64,000 nt of DNA from Eledone cirrhosa. Taxonomy: Eukaryota. The translations under genes and the position numbers were made by a program. Below the pieces are notes generated by a model that was given only the letters and a program-made list of their open reading frames with translations, did no database searches and was not told where the DNA came from. The DNA lies in the NCBI GenBank assembly GCA_964016885.1, contig OZ024755.1, positions 1,612,001-1,676,000 of the forward strand, read 5' to 3'. This document shows positions 62,761 through 64,000 of this stretch, piece by piece (position 1 is the stretch's first letter; each line of letters starts with the position of its first letter).

Positions 62761-63947
62761 ACTGGGAAAAGAAAAAGGAAATCACTCGGAACTAATTTTA
62801 GACCTTATGTGGAGAGAAAACATTTTAAACAGGATTTTGTTGATTTTGTAACTGGTTCATATTTCTATCGATCACTTATCAATTATTCAATCAGCCATTT
62901 AAACAATTCTAACTCAGTAGACTATATTTGTCTCTCTTCTATATTTACCATCATAACAAAAGTATTAACTTGCTCTGTAGCGAATTAATTGCAGCTTCTA
63001 TGGACATATAAATACTCGGGAGTTCGTTGGTTGGTGATAATGGTGGGTGATGAGGTGGTTCTGATCGAACAAATTATCTCTTGATAGTTGATAGAATATT
63101 TATTGTTGATGGTGGAATATCAATAAATGCTCTTTTATTGGTTATATATATAGAGAGAGAAAGAAAGACTGGGGAAATGACTAATCATTGGAGTACTCAA
63201 TACATGGGGAGATGCAGAGTGGGTATAGAGATATGTAAAGTGCTGATAGCTTGGCGCCGCGGTCAGGATTCTACCCATCCACCTCTCTCTATATATATAT
63301 ATATAAGTAGAAGGGATATTTAATTTGTTGGAAATCCGACAAATATAAATGTTTATAACTGATTTAGAGCACTCGAGTTCCTGGAGTAAGTATTCAATGA
63401 TATTAAATAAATGGAAACTATATTTATATTTACAATATGGTTTTATAAATATAGTTTCCATTTATTTAATATCATTGAATATATGTGTATGTATGTGTGT
63501 GTGTGTGTGTGTAAAAGGTAAACAGAAATATCAACAATCGGTACAGTATATGGAAGGGATATATTAGGTTAACACTTGATATAGCAGGAAGAGGATATAT
63601 ATAATTCAATATATCCACTGCCACAGACTCGACCACAATATATAAGTTACAATGAAAAGAATGAACATGTTCTAGAACCTTCAGTATTTTCAGCCATACT
63701 GCTAGTAATCTGGTTTAGAAACAAACACTACGACTCGCAACTTTGTTTAGTTTTTCAAAATAAAAGTAATTTGTTCATGTTTCGGTTAATGAAACGAGTG
63801 AAGGTGCATTGATAAATCGAAAACGAAAACGTATTTCTAAACAATAATACATTTAGTAAACATAAGTGTCATGTTCCCAGCATAAATAACGCCCATGTAT
63901 TATTATTATTATTTATTTCTACAAACATATCTGCGTCAAAGTGAGGA

Positions 63948-63989
63948 ATGCTGTTAGGCATGGATGGCAAAGAACTAAACGGGAGAAAG
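63948..63989 (+). CDS. Candidate first coding exon of the next gene (MLLGMDGKELNGRK), unidentified
   Basis: ATG at 63948/63960 after an in-frame stop; consensus AAG|gtaaga donor; locally CpG-enriched upstream region with tgcgtca. Confidence 0.35.
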
Positions 63990-64000
63990 GTAAGATGAAG

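Overview
AT-rich, microsatellite- and SINE/MITE-laden eukaryotic DNA. The repeat content looks like an octopod cephalopod, which is inference only. Most of the window is one + strand gene for a LAMMER/CLK-family splicing kinase (CLK2/Doa-like). I assembled it by hand: 11 shared coding exons from 10064 to 43852, all GT-AG with consistent phases and all canonical motifs ([38 protein letters not shown]). The main observation is that the kinase C-lobe is encoded twice over. There is a pair of homologous, same-phase, apparently mutually exclusive exons (45774-45861 / 46870-46960) and a pair of homologous alternative last exons (53686-54018 / 58325-58498), allowing up to four catalytic-domain variants of about 490-545 aa. 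The gene also has a probable alternative first coding exon lacking the RS domain (22752-22955). It has a vertebrate-CLK-like frameshifting cassette exon (34082/34085-34178) preceded by a 311-nt AG-free structured zone and a NAGNAG acceptor. The region upstream of the first coding exon holds a 341-bp perfect palindrome containing an apparently intact minimal hammerhead ribozyme of the Penelope type. Most supplied ORFs are spurious. No transcript data were available, so all isoform usage is predicted, and repeat boundaries are approximate.
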